This document shows, piece by piece, positions 8,340 through 17,494 of a stretch of DNA of 37,002 nt. Within the stretch, counting starts at the first letter, position 1; every line of letters begins with the position of its first letter. This DNA is from an uncultured Bacilli bacterium. Its GTDB lineage: Bacteria; Bacillota_I; Bacilli_A; RF39; UBA660. Below the pieces are notes generated by a model. The model did no database searches and had not been told where the DNA came from. It saw only the letters and a program-made list of their open reading frames with translations. The stretch lies in assembly GCA_934096755.1 (NCBI GenBank), contig CAKOMU010000002.1:1-37002 (forward strand), written 5' to 3'. Both the position numbers and the translations under genes were made by a program.

Positions 8340-9157
8340 GTATTTTTAAGCAAATTCAATTGTGTTAGATCTACTTCGCTATATTCATAATACTTATTTA
8401 AAGCATTTGTAACATTGTTAACCCAACTTGGCTTAGCAATTTTAACGCCACTTTCATTAAAGGTAGGATTATAAATAAGACCTATACTAGCAACAGTATT
8501 TAGTCCCTTAGCAAAATAACCGTCATTTAATAATTTAATGTACTTTAAAACACCATATTCTATATTTTTATAACGAATTAATCCACCACTATACATTCCA
8601 CCAAAAATGTTATTACTAGCAAGCATGCCTGGTGCACTATAATTAGATTCAATATCAGCAATCGCCGCAGCTATAGGAAAGTCAACATTTGAATAAATAC
8701 TACAGAAGTATTTAACTAAAGCTATAATATAATCCCTACTATCGGTACAACCAGTTCTAGTTTTTGTAAATAGGTAATTGTCCGTATTTTCTAATTGCAA
8801 TAAGTATTCAGTTAAAAAATATGGTAAATTAGTTTGATTTAGTAAATCCAGTGAAACATAATTAGTTCTTAAAATATCTTTAAATGTATTGATATCAATT
8901 TGAAATGTATTAGTTAAAAACACAGTTAAATCATTGTTATTATTTAATAATTCTTCTAAAAGTTCTTCTTCAGTCATTTCATGAGCACTTTCAGGTTCAG
9001 TCATAAACACATTGGAAACATATGATGAAGCAATTATATTTGTTTCATTATCATATCTGTTGAATTCTTTGGTAATCATCAAGGTGATAACTGTAATAGT
9101 GACACCTATTAACACTAGCAAAATCCCCTGTTTATTTTTCTGCACATAATCTGTCAT
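8336..9157 (-). CDS. Membrane-anchored protein with a C-terminal glucosaminidase-like (LytD/FlgJ-type) cell-wall hydrolase domain
   Basis: N-terminal TM (ILLVLIGVTITVITLMI). The C-terminal segment PIAAAIADIESNYSAPGMLASNNIFGGMYSGGLIRYKNIEYGVLKYIKLLNDGYF resembles the mannosyl-glycoprotein endo-beta-N-acetylglucosaminidase fold. Ends in TGA. Confidence 0.5.
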   Translation of the reverse strand: MTDYVQKNKQGILLVLIGVTITVITLMITKEFNRYDNETNIIASSYVSNVFMTEPESAHEMTEEELLEELLNNNNDLTVFLTNTFQIDINTFKDILRTNYVSLDLLNQTNLPYFLTEYLLQLENTDNYLFTKTRTGCTDSRDYIIALVKYFCSIYSNVDFPIAAAIADIESNYSAPGMLASNNIFGGMYSGGLIRYKNIEYGVLKYIKLLNDGYFAKGLNTVASIGLIYNPTFNESGVKIAKPSWVNNVTNALNKYYEYSEVDLTQLNLLKNT

Positions 9158-9195
9158 ATATTTATAATATTCTCCTTACTTGAAGTATGTTCATT

Positions 9196-9224
9196 ATTAT
9201 AGCATATATTCTCTTATTTGGCAA
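9196..9224 (-). promoter_or_regulatory. Sigma-A type promoter for ORF 8336..9157
   Basis: TTGCCA (9219-9224), 17 nt, TATAAT (9196-9201). An AAGGAGAA RBS follows. Confidence 0.55.
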
Positions 9225-9225
9225 A

Positions 9226-9696
9226 TTACCAAATTTTTTTATATCTTTTCTTTTTGCGAATATTAATTATTCCATTATTTTTATTAATATTTTTAGCTAT
9301 ATAATTAGCAATATTCATTATTTTGCTGGCAAAATTAAGTTCATCATTTGATCCTAAAAATATTTTATAGGATAAATCTTCACTAGTTTGAGTGGTCTTT
9401 TTATTATCGATGGCATTTTTTATTACCATATGGAAAGTACTGACACCAATACCGTGAATATTACGAGCAATATTAAAATAAAACTGAGAATAAGCATTTT
9501 GTATCTGTTCATATATATCAGTTTTATCCAAAATATTTAAAGATTTAACTGTATTAAATATAACTTCTTGAATAAAATACGTTCCTGGATCTTGTTCTTT
9601 ATAACCTAAAATTAATAAACATTCTAAAATATAGTTGTTTAAATTAATATCGTTTAGATTAAGGTTGCTTTCTAAACTCATTTGTTGATTATTCAT
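9226..9696 (-). CDS. Stand-alone Spo0A C-terminal (DNA-binding) domain-like protein with no receiver domain
   Basis: Start moved to ATG 9696 (AAGGAAGGAG RBS). By eye, [26 protein letters not shown] aligns with Spo0A [42 protein letters not shown] with IAKKFNTTASRVERAIRHAI, and [13 protein letters not shown] with NSEFIAMVADKL. Confidence 0.45.
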   Translation of the reverse strand: [156 protein letters not shown]

Positions 9697-9732
9697 TTTT
9701 CTCCTTCCTTTTAATTCTATATTTTTTACCAA

Positions 9733-9772
9733 GAAAAAAGTACAGAATCAAAAATAGTGACTCCGTACTTTT
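9733..9772 (-). terminator. Intrinsic terminator-like hairpin inside the 5' leader of ORF 9226..9696 (attenuator, or 3' end of a small RNA)
   Basis: On the minus strand: AAAA-GUACGGA-GUCACUAUUUUUGA-UCUGUAC-UUUUUUCUU. The stem is 7 bp including one G-U, extendable by A/U pairs, and is followed by a U-run. It lies about 40 nt before the RBS. Confidence 0.55.
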
Positions 9773-9838
9773 AATACAGTGTAGGCATTTGCCCGAGATA
9801 GCTCACAAATAATTTGCTTATATCTCCTCACAGTTAAC

Positions 9839-9867
9839 ATTTTAGCAAAATTTAGTGTTTATGTCAA
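9839..9867 (-). promoter_or_regulatory. Near-consensus sigma-A promoter driving the structured leader and the Spo0A_C-like gene
   Basis: TTGACA (9862-9867), 17 nt, TAAAAT (9839-9844). Confidence 0.6.
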
Positions 9868-9911
9868 GATGACCTTATAAACCTTATTACAATTATAGAC
9901 TTACTAGTATT

Positions 9912-11813
9912 TTAAATATAGTGTTCTTCTTGCGAAGGTGTTAATTCTTCAATGACTATATCAGGAGTTTGATTTTCCACTACATTATTGAAACTGCCTG
10001 CGGTAATATTTGGATTTATTTGATTATTAGTTGGTGATGTTACTGTTTTTGGCATTTCTGGTGTTTGCATACTCCAACAGCTAGACACATCGCAGTTACT
10101 ACTAAATGGCATTGGTGAAGGCATTTCTAATTTAACTATCATAGGAATTTTAAATGCTCCCCCAAAACAAACACAGGTTCCTGGTTGTAGAACTTTTTGT
10201 TTATCCAAGATATCTTGAGAAATATTGGGAAGCATTTCACCAATATATTTAATATCTAATGGGTGCGTCATTTTAAAGATTAAAAAATTATTACATTGAG
10301 CAATAACAGTATCGCTAATTTCGACAGGACGTTGGCTAATTATATCTAATATTACTCCATATTTACGCCCTTCCTTAGCAATACGATCAAAAATATTATA
10401 ACCAATTAAAAAGGTATCATTATCTTTTTGAATATATCGATGGGCTTCTTCTAAAAATAAATGAAATGGAGTTTGAGCCCTTTTAGTACTACCCTTAGCA
10501 AAGTCAAAAATTAATCGTGAAAATATTTTAACAAATACTTTGGCATAAATATCATCAACATCTTCTAAATTGATATTGATAATTTGAGCTTTTTTCTCAC
10601 CACTAGCAACAAGAGAAGCAATATAATCTTTTACAGGTATATATTTACTGCTAAAATAATTACCCAGTTTACTATTTATAATAGAATTTAGTCGAACACG
10701 TAAGATAACAGCGTCATCATGTAAGTTTTGATTGTGTTGAAATCCTTCACTAATCAAAGTAAATTCCATAGCTTTGGCAAAGTCTTTCAAAGAATAACTT
10801 GCCATTTCAGGAGCTTTGATACTATCTAGTTGATCATCAATTTTGCCTAGAATGTAGTTGGTAATTAACACTGATTCCCCAAAATTACCGTTAGAGTCAA
10901 TCTCAAAACATTCACTAAAAGAACGTGTATAACCTAACCCAGGAATGACAGAATCAAAGTTAAATTCCTTAGTATTACATACTTCAATTATTGTAAATAT
11001 TTCATTTTTCTTACTGGAAACGGTTTCGTTACTAAATAAGACTGCTAAAAGAGCTTTGGCTATTAAATGATTTTTGTAACGATTCGCTTCTTCACTATTG
11101 GTAGCAAATATTTTGGCTAATTTAATAGTATTTTCAATAATGGGTAATTGAGCATGATTTGAGGCTTGTAAAAGTAATGCAAAATCATCAAGAGTTAATA
11201 AACTAACTGGAATTTGAATTAATTCATCTGTGGGATCTGTAGGATTCGTAGATATAAATTTATAAGCATAATTGTTGTTAATTTCATTTAGCTTTCCAAA
11301 GGCATTTTTATATTCTCCAAAAGCATCAAAAATAAAAATGTTGGCATTATATTGAACAGCATATTTACTGGAAAAAATATTTTGAACGATTCGTGCAACT
11401 CCACAAGATTTACCTGAACCAGAATTACCAAATATGGCTAGATGATTGGAAAATAAACTATTAATTTTAGGACTAATCATAAAGCCTTTATAAATCGCAC
11501 TTTCTCCTAAAATAAAACTAGACGCATCATAAGTACCAACTAATTCCATTAATTCATCACTACGTATCATACGAATTTGTGAACTTAACAAAGGCTTTCT
11601 TAAAACCCCATTAACATATTTATCATTAATGTATTCTCCTAAAAAACGAATTTTAATGATATCATTACCTAATTCTTGAACTTCTCCTAAAATACGTTGA
11701 TTAGGTGCTTCAAAAATAACATTCATATTCATTAAATCGGCACTAGCAACATCTTTTTGAAGATTTTCAACATGAGCTTCACTTTCCCCAATGTATACAA
11801 TTTTACCAAACAT
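9912..11813 (-). CDS. HerA/DUF87-type FtsK-HerA superfamily ATPase
   Basis: 633 aa. N-terminal HAS-barrel-like segment (MFGKIVYIGESEAHVEN...ILGEVQELGNDIIKIRFLG). Walker A GNSGSGKS and Walker B HLFLEEAHRY. Typical HerA C-terminal block (RIAKEGRKYGVILDIISQRPVEISDTVIAQCNNFLIFKM...LQPGTCVCFG). Low-complexity tail. Confidence 0.75.
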   Translation of the reverse strand: MFGKIVYIGESEAHVENLQKDVASADLMNMNVIFEAPNQRILGEVQELGNDIIKIRFLGEYINDKYVNGVLRKPLLSSQIRMIRSDELMELVGTYDASSFILGESAIYKGFMISPKINSLFSNHLAIFGNSGSGKSCGVARIVQNIFSSKYAVQYNANIFIFDAFGEYKNAFGKLNEINNNYAYKFISTNPTDPTDELIQIPVSLLTLDDFALLLQASNHAQLPIIENTIKLAKIFATNSEEANRYKNHLIAKALLAVLFSNETVSSKKNEIFTIIEVCNTKEFNFDSVIPGLGYTRSFSECFEIDSNGNFGESVLITNYILGKIDDQLDSIKAPEMASYSLKDFAKAMEFTLISEGFQHNQNLHDDAVILRVRLNSIINSKLGNYFSSKYIPVKDYIASLVASGEKKAQIININLEDVDDIYAKVFVKIFSRLIFDFAKGSTKRAQTPFHLFLEEAHRYIQKDNDTFLIGYNIFDRIAKEGRKYGVILDIISQRPVEISDTVIAQCNNFLIFKMTHPLDIKYIGEMLPNISQDILDKQKVLQPGTCVCFGGAFKIPMIVKLEMPSPMPFSSNCDVSSCWSMQTPEMPKTVTSPTNNQINPNITAGSFNNVVENQTPDIVIEELTPSQEEHYI

Positions 11814-11872
11814 GATTTATCACACATCCTTATTATAGGTTAATTATATCAAATCAAATAAAAAAGTAAAAG

Positions 11873-12334
11873 TTATTTTACATTAAAACTTCTACTTTTA
11901 ACATTTATCTCACTCATTAACCCTTTTTCAATAGGAATAAAATAAATTAGATATTTTTTACTACTTTTAACTTTTTTATTGACATTATAAGTAATATTTA
12001 TTCCATCATCTTCAATTTCCAAATTGATATCTTTGATATCTAAGTCTTTCTCATAATCAATAAAATCCACAATAAAATCATTATCATTAAAACTATTATT
12101 GGTAAATAAAACTACATCATTTATTTTGTATTCATTTAATAAATCTGTGTATTCTTCATAACTAGTGATTAATTTAGTTGTTTGTTCACTCCCCTTTTTA
12201 TTAATTATGATGCCATTAGCAATTACTTCAGTTTTATTGAAAAAACCTCCGGCAGCTATTCCTAATAAGCCAGCAGCAACAACAATAATTACGACTAATA
12301 TGCCAAATAAAATATTTTTTTTAGTATCACTCAT
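11873..12334 (-). CDS. Small N-terminally membrane-anchored protein (hypothetical)
   Basis: 153 aa. A single TM (ILFGILVVIIVVAAGLLGIAAGGFF) followed by a beta-rich acidic ectodomain. AAAGAGGAAATAAAATG RBS. Confidence 0.6.
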   Translation of the reverse strand: MSDTKKNILFGILVVIIVVAAGLLGIAAGGFFNKTEVIANGIIINKKGSEQTTKLITSYEEYTDLLNEYKINDVVLFTNNSFNDNDFIVDFIDYEKDLDIKDINLEIEDDGINITYNVNKKVKSSKKYLIYFIPIEKGLMSEINVKSRSFNVK

Positions 12335-12463
12335 TTTATTTCCTCTTTTCTTATCTATATTTTATCATGAAATTCTTTTAATGTAAATTTATTACCTTTC
12401 ACTCTAATTAAAACTAAATAACTTTAATACACTAATATAATCATTTTTAATAAATTAATTCTA

Positions 12464-12488
12464 ATATAAAAGATGACAAACGTCATCC
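12464..12488 (-). terminator. Rho-independent terminator after gatB
   Basis: On the minus strand: GAUGAC-GUUU-GUCAUC followed by UUUUAUAUU. Confidence 0.65.
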
Positions 12489-12531
12489 CTTAATTATTTT
12501 GATCAATTAATGTCAACTAATAAAAAATTTA

Positions 12532-13959
12532 TTAATCTAGTTGGGCTTTTAAAATTTCTTTAGTTATAACTGGATTAGCTTTTCCTCTAGTTTCTTTCAT
12601 AACTTGACCGACAAAATAATCAAATAAATTAGTTTTGCCAGATTTGTATTCATTAACTTGATGTTCATTCTTAGCTAAAATGTCATTAATAATATTTGTA
12701 AGCATTTCTTTATCACTAATTTGAGCATTATCTTTACTAATATAATTTTTAGGTTCTTTTTCTTCTTCTAGTGATTTAAAGAATATTTCTTTAGCTTGTT
12801 TTGAAGATATTGTGCCTTTATTTAACTCTGTAATAATTTCATTTAAATAATTTGGCGTTAGATAAAAATCTTTTAATTCAATTTCATACTTATTTAAGTA
12901 AGCAATAATTTGAACAGTCAACCAATTAGCAGCTTGTTTTTGATCCATACCTAATTTAATACATTCTTCAAAATAGTCAGCATAAGCCTTTTCTTTAATG
13001 ATAATGTTGGCATCATATTCACTAAGTCCATATTCATTAACATATTTATTTTTACGTTCTCTTGGTAAAGAAGGAATACTTTTTTTAATTTCTTCTAACC
13101 AACTAGGATCGATTTTATATTTTGGAATATTTGGTTCTACAAAGTATTTATAATCGATAGCATCAACTTTACTCCTCATTCTTATAGTGGTGCCACTTTC
13201 TTCATCAAAACGTCTAGTTTCTTGTTCTACTTCATCGTATCTACCAGCATCTTTTAATTCACTTTGTCTTTTTACTTCATAGACAATGGCATCATAAACG
13301 TTACCAAAGGAATTAATATTTTTAATTTCTACTTTAGTACCTAGTTCAGTTGCATCTTCGTCCATTATAGATACATTAACATCACATCTAATTTGGCCTT
13401 TTTTAGTATCTGCTTCCGACACATCACAATATTGGTATATGCGACGCATTGTTTCCAAAAAAGCTACTGCTTCTTCAGCAGAGTTAAGACATGGTTCCGT
13501 AACTAATTCTAAAAGTGGTACTCCTGCTCTATTATAATCAATTAAAGAGGTATCAAAATAGTGATCAAGACTTGCAGCATCTTCTTCTAGATGAATATCA
13601 TGAATTAATACATCTTTTTCATAACCATCACATTCAATTGTAATATGGCCATCCACACCGACAGGATCATGCATTTGAGTAATTTGAAAGCCTTTTGGTA
13701 AATCTGGATAGTAATAGTTTTTACGATCAAAATACATATATTCTGGTTGTTTACAATTTAAAACCATACTCATCATTAGAGCTTTTCGAACACATTCTTT
13801 ATTAACTACTGGTAACGTTCCAGGAAAAGCCATATCAACAGGACGAACATTAGCATTAGCTAGTTCATTATATGAGTTTTCAGCACTAGAGAACACTTTA
13901 GAATTACTCTTTAATTCACAGTGCATTTCTAAGCCAACAATAACTTTATATTTACTCAT
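12532..13959 (-). CDS. gatB: Asp-tRNA(Asn)/Glu-tRNA(Gln) amidotransferase subunit B
   Basis: Start at MSKYKVIVGLEMHCEL (ATG 13959, GGAGG RBS, 8-nt overlap with the gatA stop). It has the C-terminal YqeY-like tail. Confidence 0.92.
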   Translation of the reverse strand: MSKYKVIVGLEMHCELKSNSKVFSSAENSYNELANANVRPVDMAFPGTLPVVNKECVRKALMMSMVLNCKQPEYMYFDRKNYYYPDLPKGFQITQMHDPVGVDGHITIECDGYEKDVLIHDIHLEEDAASLDHYFDTSLIDYNRAGVPLLELVTEPCLNSAEEAVAFLETMRRIYQYCDVSEADTKKGQIRCDVNVSIMDEDATELGTKVEIKNINSFGNVYDAIVYEVKRQSELKDAGRYDEVEQETRRFDEESGTTIRMRSKVDAIDYKYFVEPNIPKYKIDPSWLEEIKKSIPSLPRERKNKYVNEYGLSEYDANIIIKEKAYADYFEECIKLGMDQKQAANWLTVQIIAYLNKYEIELKDFYLTPNYLNEIITELNKGTISSKQAKEIFFKSLEEEKEPKNYISKDNAQISDKEMLTNIINDILAKNEHQVNEYKSGKTNLFDYFVGQVMKETRGKANPVITKEILKAQLD

Positions 13960-15409
13960 TTTTACCTCCTGCAATCATACCTTTATAATCAAGTACAGAT
14001 TCTAAAGCATAAGCGATATTTAAAACATTTTGATCATCATAGTTATTACCAGTAATGTTAACTCCTACTGGAAGATTATCGATGAAACCATTAGGTATAG
14101 TAATCGATGGAAAACCACCAAAGTTACCAATTTGTAAATGTTCTTCTAAGATAGTTGTATCACTTTTTTCAAGTTCATCTTTGGATCCATCTATATAAGG
14201 AGCAACACCAGTTGATACCGGTAGAATCACTGCATCATATTCTTGAAATAAACTTTTAAATTTATCAACTATTAATCTTCTTACTCGAGCAGCATTTAGA
14301 AAATAACGTTCTTGATTTTCTTTTTGTAGTACGTATGAACCTATGACAAAACGTCTTTTAATTAAAGGAGAAAAACCTTTAGTACGATGATCTTTCATCA
14401 TTTCAATATAATTACTACCTTCCCCACGAGGCCCAAAAATAATGCCTGTAAGATTAGACATATTGCTAGTTGCTTCTGCACAGGATAAACATACATAAAC
14501 ACTAGGAATAGCTTCTAATAAGGTTTTGTCAATCGATACTTCGTCCACTTGAACACCAAGACTTTCTAGTTTTTTAAGAGTATTTTGAAAGTTTTCTAGG
14601 TGCATCTTTAATTCATGGGAAGCATTAGGATAATTTTTAATATCAGCTATTTCTTTTACATAAAATAATTTTTTACCATCAACATCTTTATTTAAATTGT
14701 TATATAATTGAATATTACTAGAATCCCAACTAGTTTGATCATTTTTATCTATACCTTTCATAGCATCGACAACGATGGCAGCATCTTCAACACTTCTAGT
14801 TAAAACACCACAATGATCTAAGCTAGATGCAAATGGAAACAAACCATATCTAGAAATCATACCATAAGTTGGTTTATAACCAACTATTCCACAAAAGGCA
14901 GCGGGTTTACGGATAGAATCTCCTGTATCACTACCTAAAGCATAAGGATACACACCAGCAGCAACAGCCGCAGCACTACCACTAGATGATCCAGCACACA
15001 TTCTCTTAGGATCCCATGGATTACGAATAATACCAGTATGAGCAGTAGTTCCTGTTCCTCCCATTCCAAATTCATCTAAAGCAGTCTTATTTACAGCAAC
15101 AGCACCGTGACGTTTCAAATTGGCAACCGCCGTAGCATCAAAAAATGGTACATAATCTTTTAGCGTATTAGAAGAACCAGTTGATAAAATATCTTTAGTA
15201 GAATAATTATCTTTAACCCCATAAGGAATACCTGATAGTAAGTCATCAGTTACTTCCGTAGGTTGCGCATCTTCAATAATTGTAACAAAAGCATTACAAA
15301 CTTTATTTACTTCATGCGATTTCGCTAAAGATTCTTTAATTAATTCTTCACTTGTAATTTCTTTATTTTTTAACATTTCATGTAATTTAACTAAGCCAAG
15401 CTCCGTCAT
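13952..15409 (-). CDS. gatA: Asp-tRNA(Asn)/Glu-tRNA(Gln) amidotransferase subunit A
   Basis: 485 aa. Amidase signature GGSSSGSAAAVAAG plus GSDTGDSIRKPAAFCG. Start overlaps the gatC stop (TAATG). Confidence 0.92.
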   Translation of the reverse strand: MTELGLVKLHEMLKNKEITSEELIKESLAKSHEVNKVCNAFVTIIEDAQPTEVTDDLLSGIPYGVKDNYSTKDILSTGSSNTLKDYVPFFDATAVANLKRHGAVAVNKTALDEFGMGGTGTTAHTGIIRNPWDPKRMCAGSSSGSAAAVAAGVYPYALGSDTGDSIRKPAAFCGIVGYKPTYGMISRYGLFPFASSLDHCGVLTRSVEDAAIVVDAMKGIDKNDQTSWDSSNIQLYNNLNKDVDGKKLFYVKEIADIKNYPNASHELKMHLENFQNTLKKLESLGVQVDEVSIDKTLLEAIPSVYVCLSCAEATSNMSNLTGIIFGPRGEGSNYIEMMKDHRTKGFSPLIKRRFVIGSYVLQKENQERYFLNAARVRRLIVDKFKSLFQEYDAVILPVSTGVAPYIDGSKDELEKSDTTILEEHLQIGNFGGFPSITIPNGFIDNLPVGVNITGNNYDDQNVLNIAYALESVLDYKGMIAGGKNE

Positions 15410-15705
15410 TATCCCACCACCTTTGGTACTTCAATTTCTCGATCATCGTAACGATCACAATTTTTTAACAAATCTTCAATCGGTATACTTTCTTCTTTAA
15501 CATCTTCTCTTAGAATATAGGTAAAATCATCTAAGGCATGTGTCATTGGTTCCACTTTATCTATATCAGGGAATTCTGCTATGATATCCATTTGAGCTTC
15601 AATAATATCAAACTCTTTTAAAACTAATTTATTTTCTTCTTCTGTTAGGCCAATAAGTAATTTATCGGCATAACTATCTACCATTTCTTTGGTAAATTTA
15701 CTCAT
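15409..15705 (-). CDS. gatC: Asp-tRNA(Asn)/Glu-tRNA(Gln) amidotransferase subunit C
   Basis: 98 aa, in the typical GatC position between aspS and gatA. LREDV motif. AAGGAGAG RBS. Confidence 0.85.
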   Translation of the reverse strand: MSKFTKEMVDSYADKLLIGLTEEENKLVLKEFDIIEAQMDIIAEFPDIDKVEPMTHALDDFTYILREDVKEESIPIEDLLKNCDRYDDREIEVPKVVG

Positions 15706-15730
15706 TATTTCACTCTCCTTATTTTCAATT

Positions 15731-17494
15731 TTAATCGTTTTCTGGTTCTGTTATTATTTCAATTCCCAATTCTTTTAATTGTTTATCACTAACTGTATCT
15801 GGGGCTCCATCCATTAAATCTTGAGCACTTTGTGTTTTGGGAAATGCAATAACATCTTTAATATCATCTGTATTTGCTAAAACCATAACTAATCTTTCAA
15901 CTCCTGGAGCTATACCAGCATGAGGAGGAACTCCATATTTAAAAGCATCTAACATGAAGCCAAAACGTAATCTTGCTTCACTTTCACTAATACTTAAAGC
16001 TTCAAATATTTTAGCTAAATCACTAGAACGATGATTTCTTACTCCCCCACTAGCTAATTCGTATCCATTTACAACTAGATCGTAACTACGTGAAATACAA
16101 TGTTCAGGGTCGTTAATAGTGTTAATATCTTTAACCATCGTAAAAGGATTATGTTCAGCTTTCCATCTTTTTTCTGTTTCACTATATTCGAAGAAAGGAA
16201 AATCAGTAACCCATAAGAAGTTTAATTGATTTTCAGGAATTAAATTTAATGTTTTGGCAATTTTGATTCTTAAAGCTCCAAGTGCTGCATAAACAACTTT
16301 TGGTTTATCAGCGACAATTAAAATTAAATCATTATTGGTAACATTATAAGTGTTTTTAATTTGTTCTAATTTTTCATCTTCAAGATTTTTAGCAATAACG
16401 CCATTAAATTTATCTTGATCATATTTTAACCAAGCCATGCCTTTAGCTCCATAGATCTTGGTAAAATCAATTAAATGATCAATATCAGTACGAGAATATT
16501 TATCGGCATTATTTTTAACAATTAAACATTTAGCGATACCACCATTTTCAATATTTTGTCTAAATACATTCATTGTAGTATCTTTTAAAATATCTGTTAA
16601 ATCAAGTAATTCCATTCCAAATCTAGTATCTGGTTTATCACTTCCATATCTTTCCATTGCTTCTTTATAAGTGATGCGAGGAAAATCAGCTAATGCGATA
16701 TTTTTAGTATCCTTGACAATTTTTTTAATCATGCCTTCACAAACTTGCCAAACATCTTCTTCTTCAGCAAAAGACATTTCTAAATCTATTTGAGTAAATT
16801 CTGGTTGACGGTCTGCTCTTAAATCTTCATCACGGAAACATTTAGCTACTTGATAATACTTTTCAAAGCCACCAAGCATCAATAATTGTTTAAAAATTTG
16901 AGGCGATTGTGGTAAGGCATAGAATGAACCTTTAGTGATTCGCGAAGGAACTAAATAATCTCTCGCTCCTTCTGGTGTACTTTTACATAAAATTGGGGTT
17001 TCAATTTCTAAAAATCCCAAATTATTTAAATATTCACGAGCACTTTTAATAATATTATGTCTTAAAATAATATTATTTTTTAATTTGTCACGACGCAAAT
17101 CTAGGTAACGATATTTTAAACTAACTGATTCGTTAATTTCTTCATCGTCATAGACATTAAACGGTAATATATCACAAGTGCTTAGAATTTCTAAATCTTC
17201 AGCCATAAGTTCAATTGTACCAGTGGTAATATTAGGATTAATCATCTCTTTGTCTCTTAAAGTAAGTTCCCCAGTTACTTTGATTACATATTCATTTTTT
17301 AATGATTCAGCTAAACTAAATTCTTGTTTAAGCGTTGAACGATTAAATACGACCTGTAAAATACCAGATCTGTCTCTTAAATCAACAAATATTACGCCTC
17401 CCATATCACGACGTTTGTTTACCCAACCATAGGCGGTAACAGTTTCACCAACTTGATTTTCTTGAAAATCAGCATTATTAAATTTTTTTGTCAT
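15731..17494 (-). CDS. aspS: Aspartyl-tRNA synthetase copy 1, first gene of the aspS-gatCAB operon (candidate non-discriminating AspRS)
   Basis: 587 aa, bacterial type with a GAD insertion. Class II motifs QSPQIFKQLLM, FRDEDLRADRQPEFTQ and GIAPGVERLVM. Lies 25 nt upstream of gatC. Confidence 0.92.
   Translation of the reverse strand: MTKKFNNADFQENQVGETVTAYGWVNKRRDMGGVIFVDLRDRSGILQVVFNRSTLKQEFSLAESLKNEYVIKVTGELTLRDKEMINPNITTGTIELMAEDLEILSTCDILPFNVYDDEEINESVSLKYRYLDLRRDKLKNNIILRHNIIKSAREYLNNLGFLEIETPILCKSTPEGARDYLVPSRITKGSFYALPQSPQIFKQLLMLGGFEKYYQVAKCFRDEDLRADRQPEFTQIDLEMSFAEEEDVWQVCEGMIKKIVKDTKNIALADFPRITYKEAMERYGSDKPDTRFGMELLDLTDILKDTTMNVFRQNIENGGIAKCLIVKNNADKYSRTDIDHLIDFTKIYGAKGMAWLKYDQDKFNGVIAKNLEDEKLEQIKNTYNVTNNDLILIVADKPKVVYAALGALRIKIAKTLNLIPENQLNFLWVTDFPFFEYSETEKRWKAEHNPFTMVKDINTINDPEHCISRSYDLVVNGYELASGGVRNHRSSDLAKIFEALSISESEARLRFGFMLDAFKYGVPPHAGIAPGVERLVMVLANTDDIKDVIAFPKTQSAQDLMDGAPDTVSDKQLKELGIEIITEPEND

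Noticed and set aside
9780-9830. Possible fluoride (crcB) riboswitch or tRNA fragment (GCCUAC..., AUAGCUCA).
   Set aside because: Only the last few nucleotides resemble the crcB motif, and the GGNGAUGG...CC P1/pseudoknot part is missing. There is no T-arm or acceptor pairing for a tRNA.
12165-12386. Tracked ORF 12165..12386, antisense to the 153-aa membrane protein gene.
   Set aside because: It is the hydrophobic mirror of the TM-coding segment, with no RBS.
17178-17432. Tracked ORF 17178..17432, antisense to aspS1. The same applies to 21863..22075, which is out of frame within aspS2.
   Set aside because: They are embedded in highly conserved AspRS coding sequence and are shadow ORFs.
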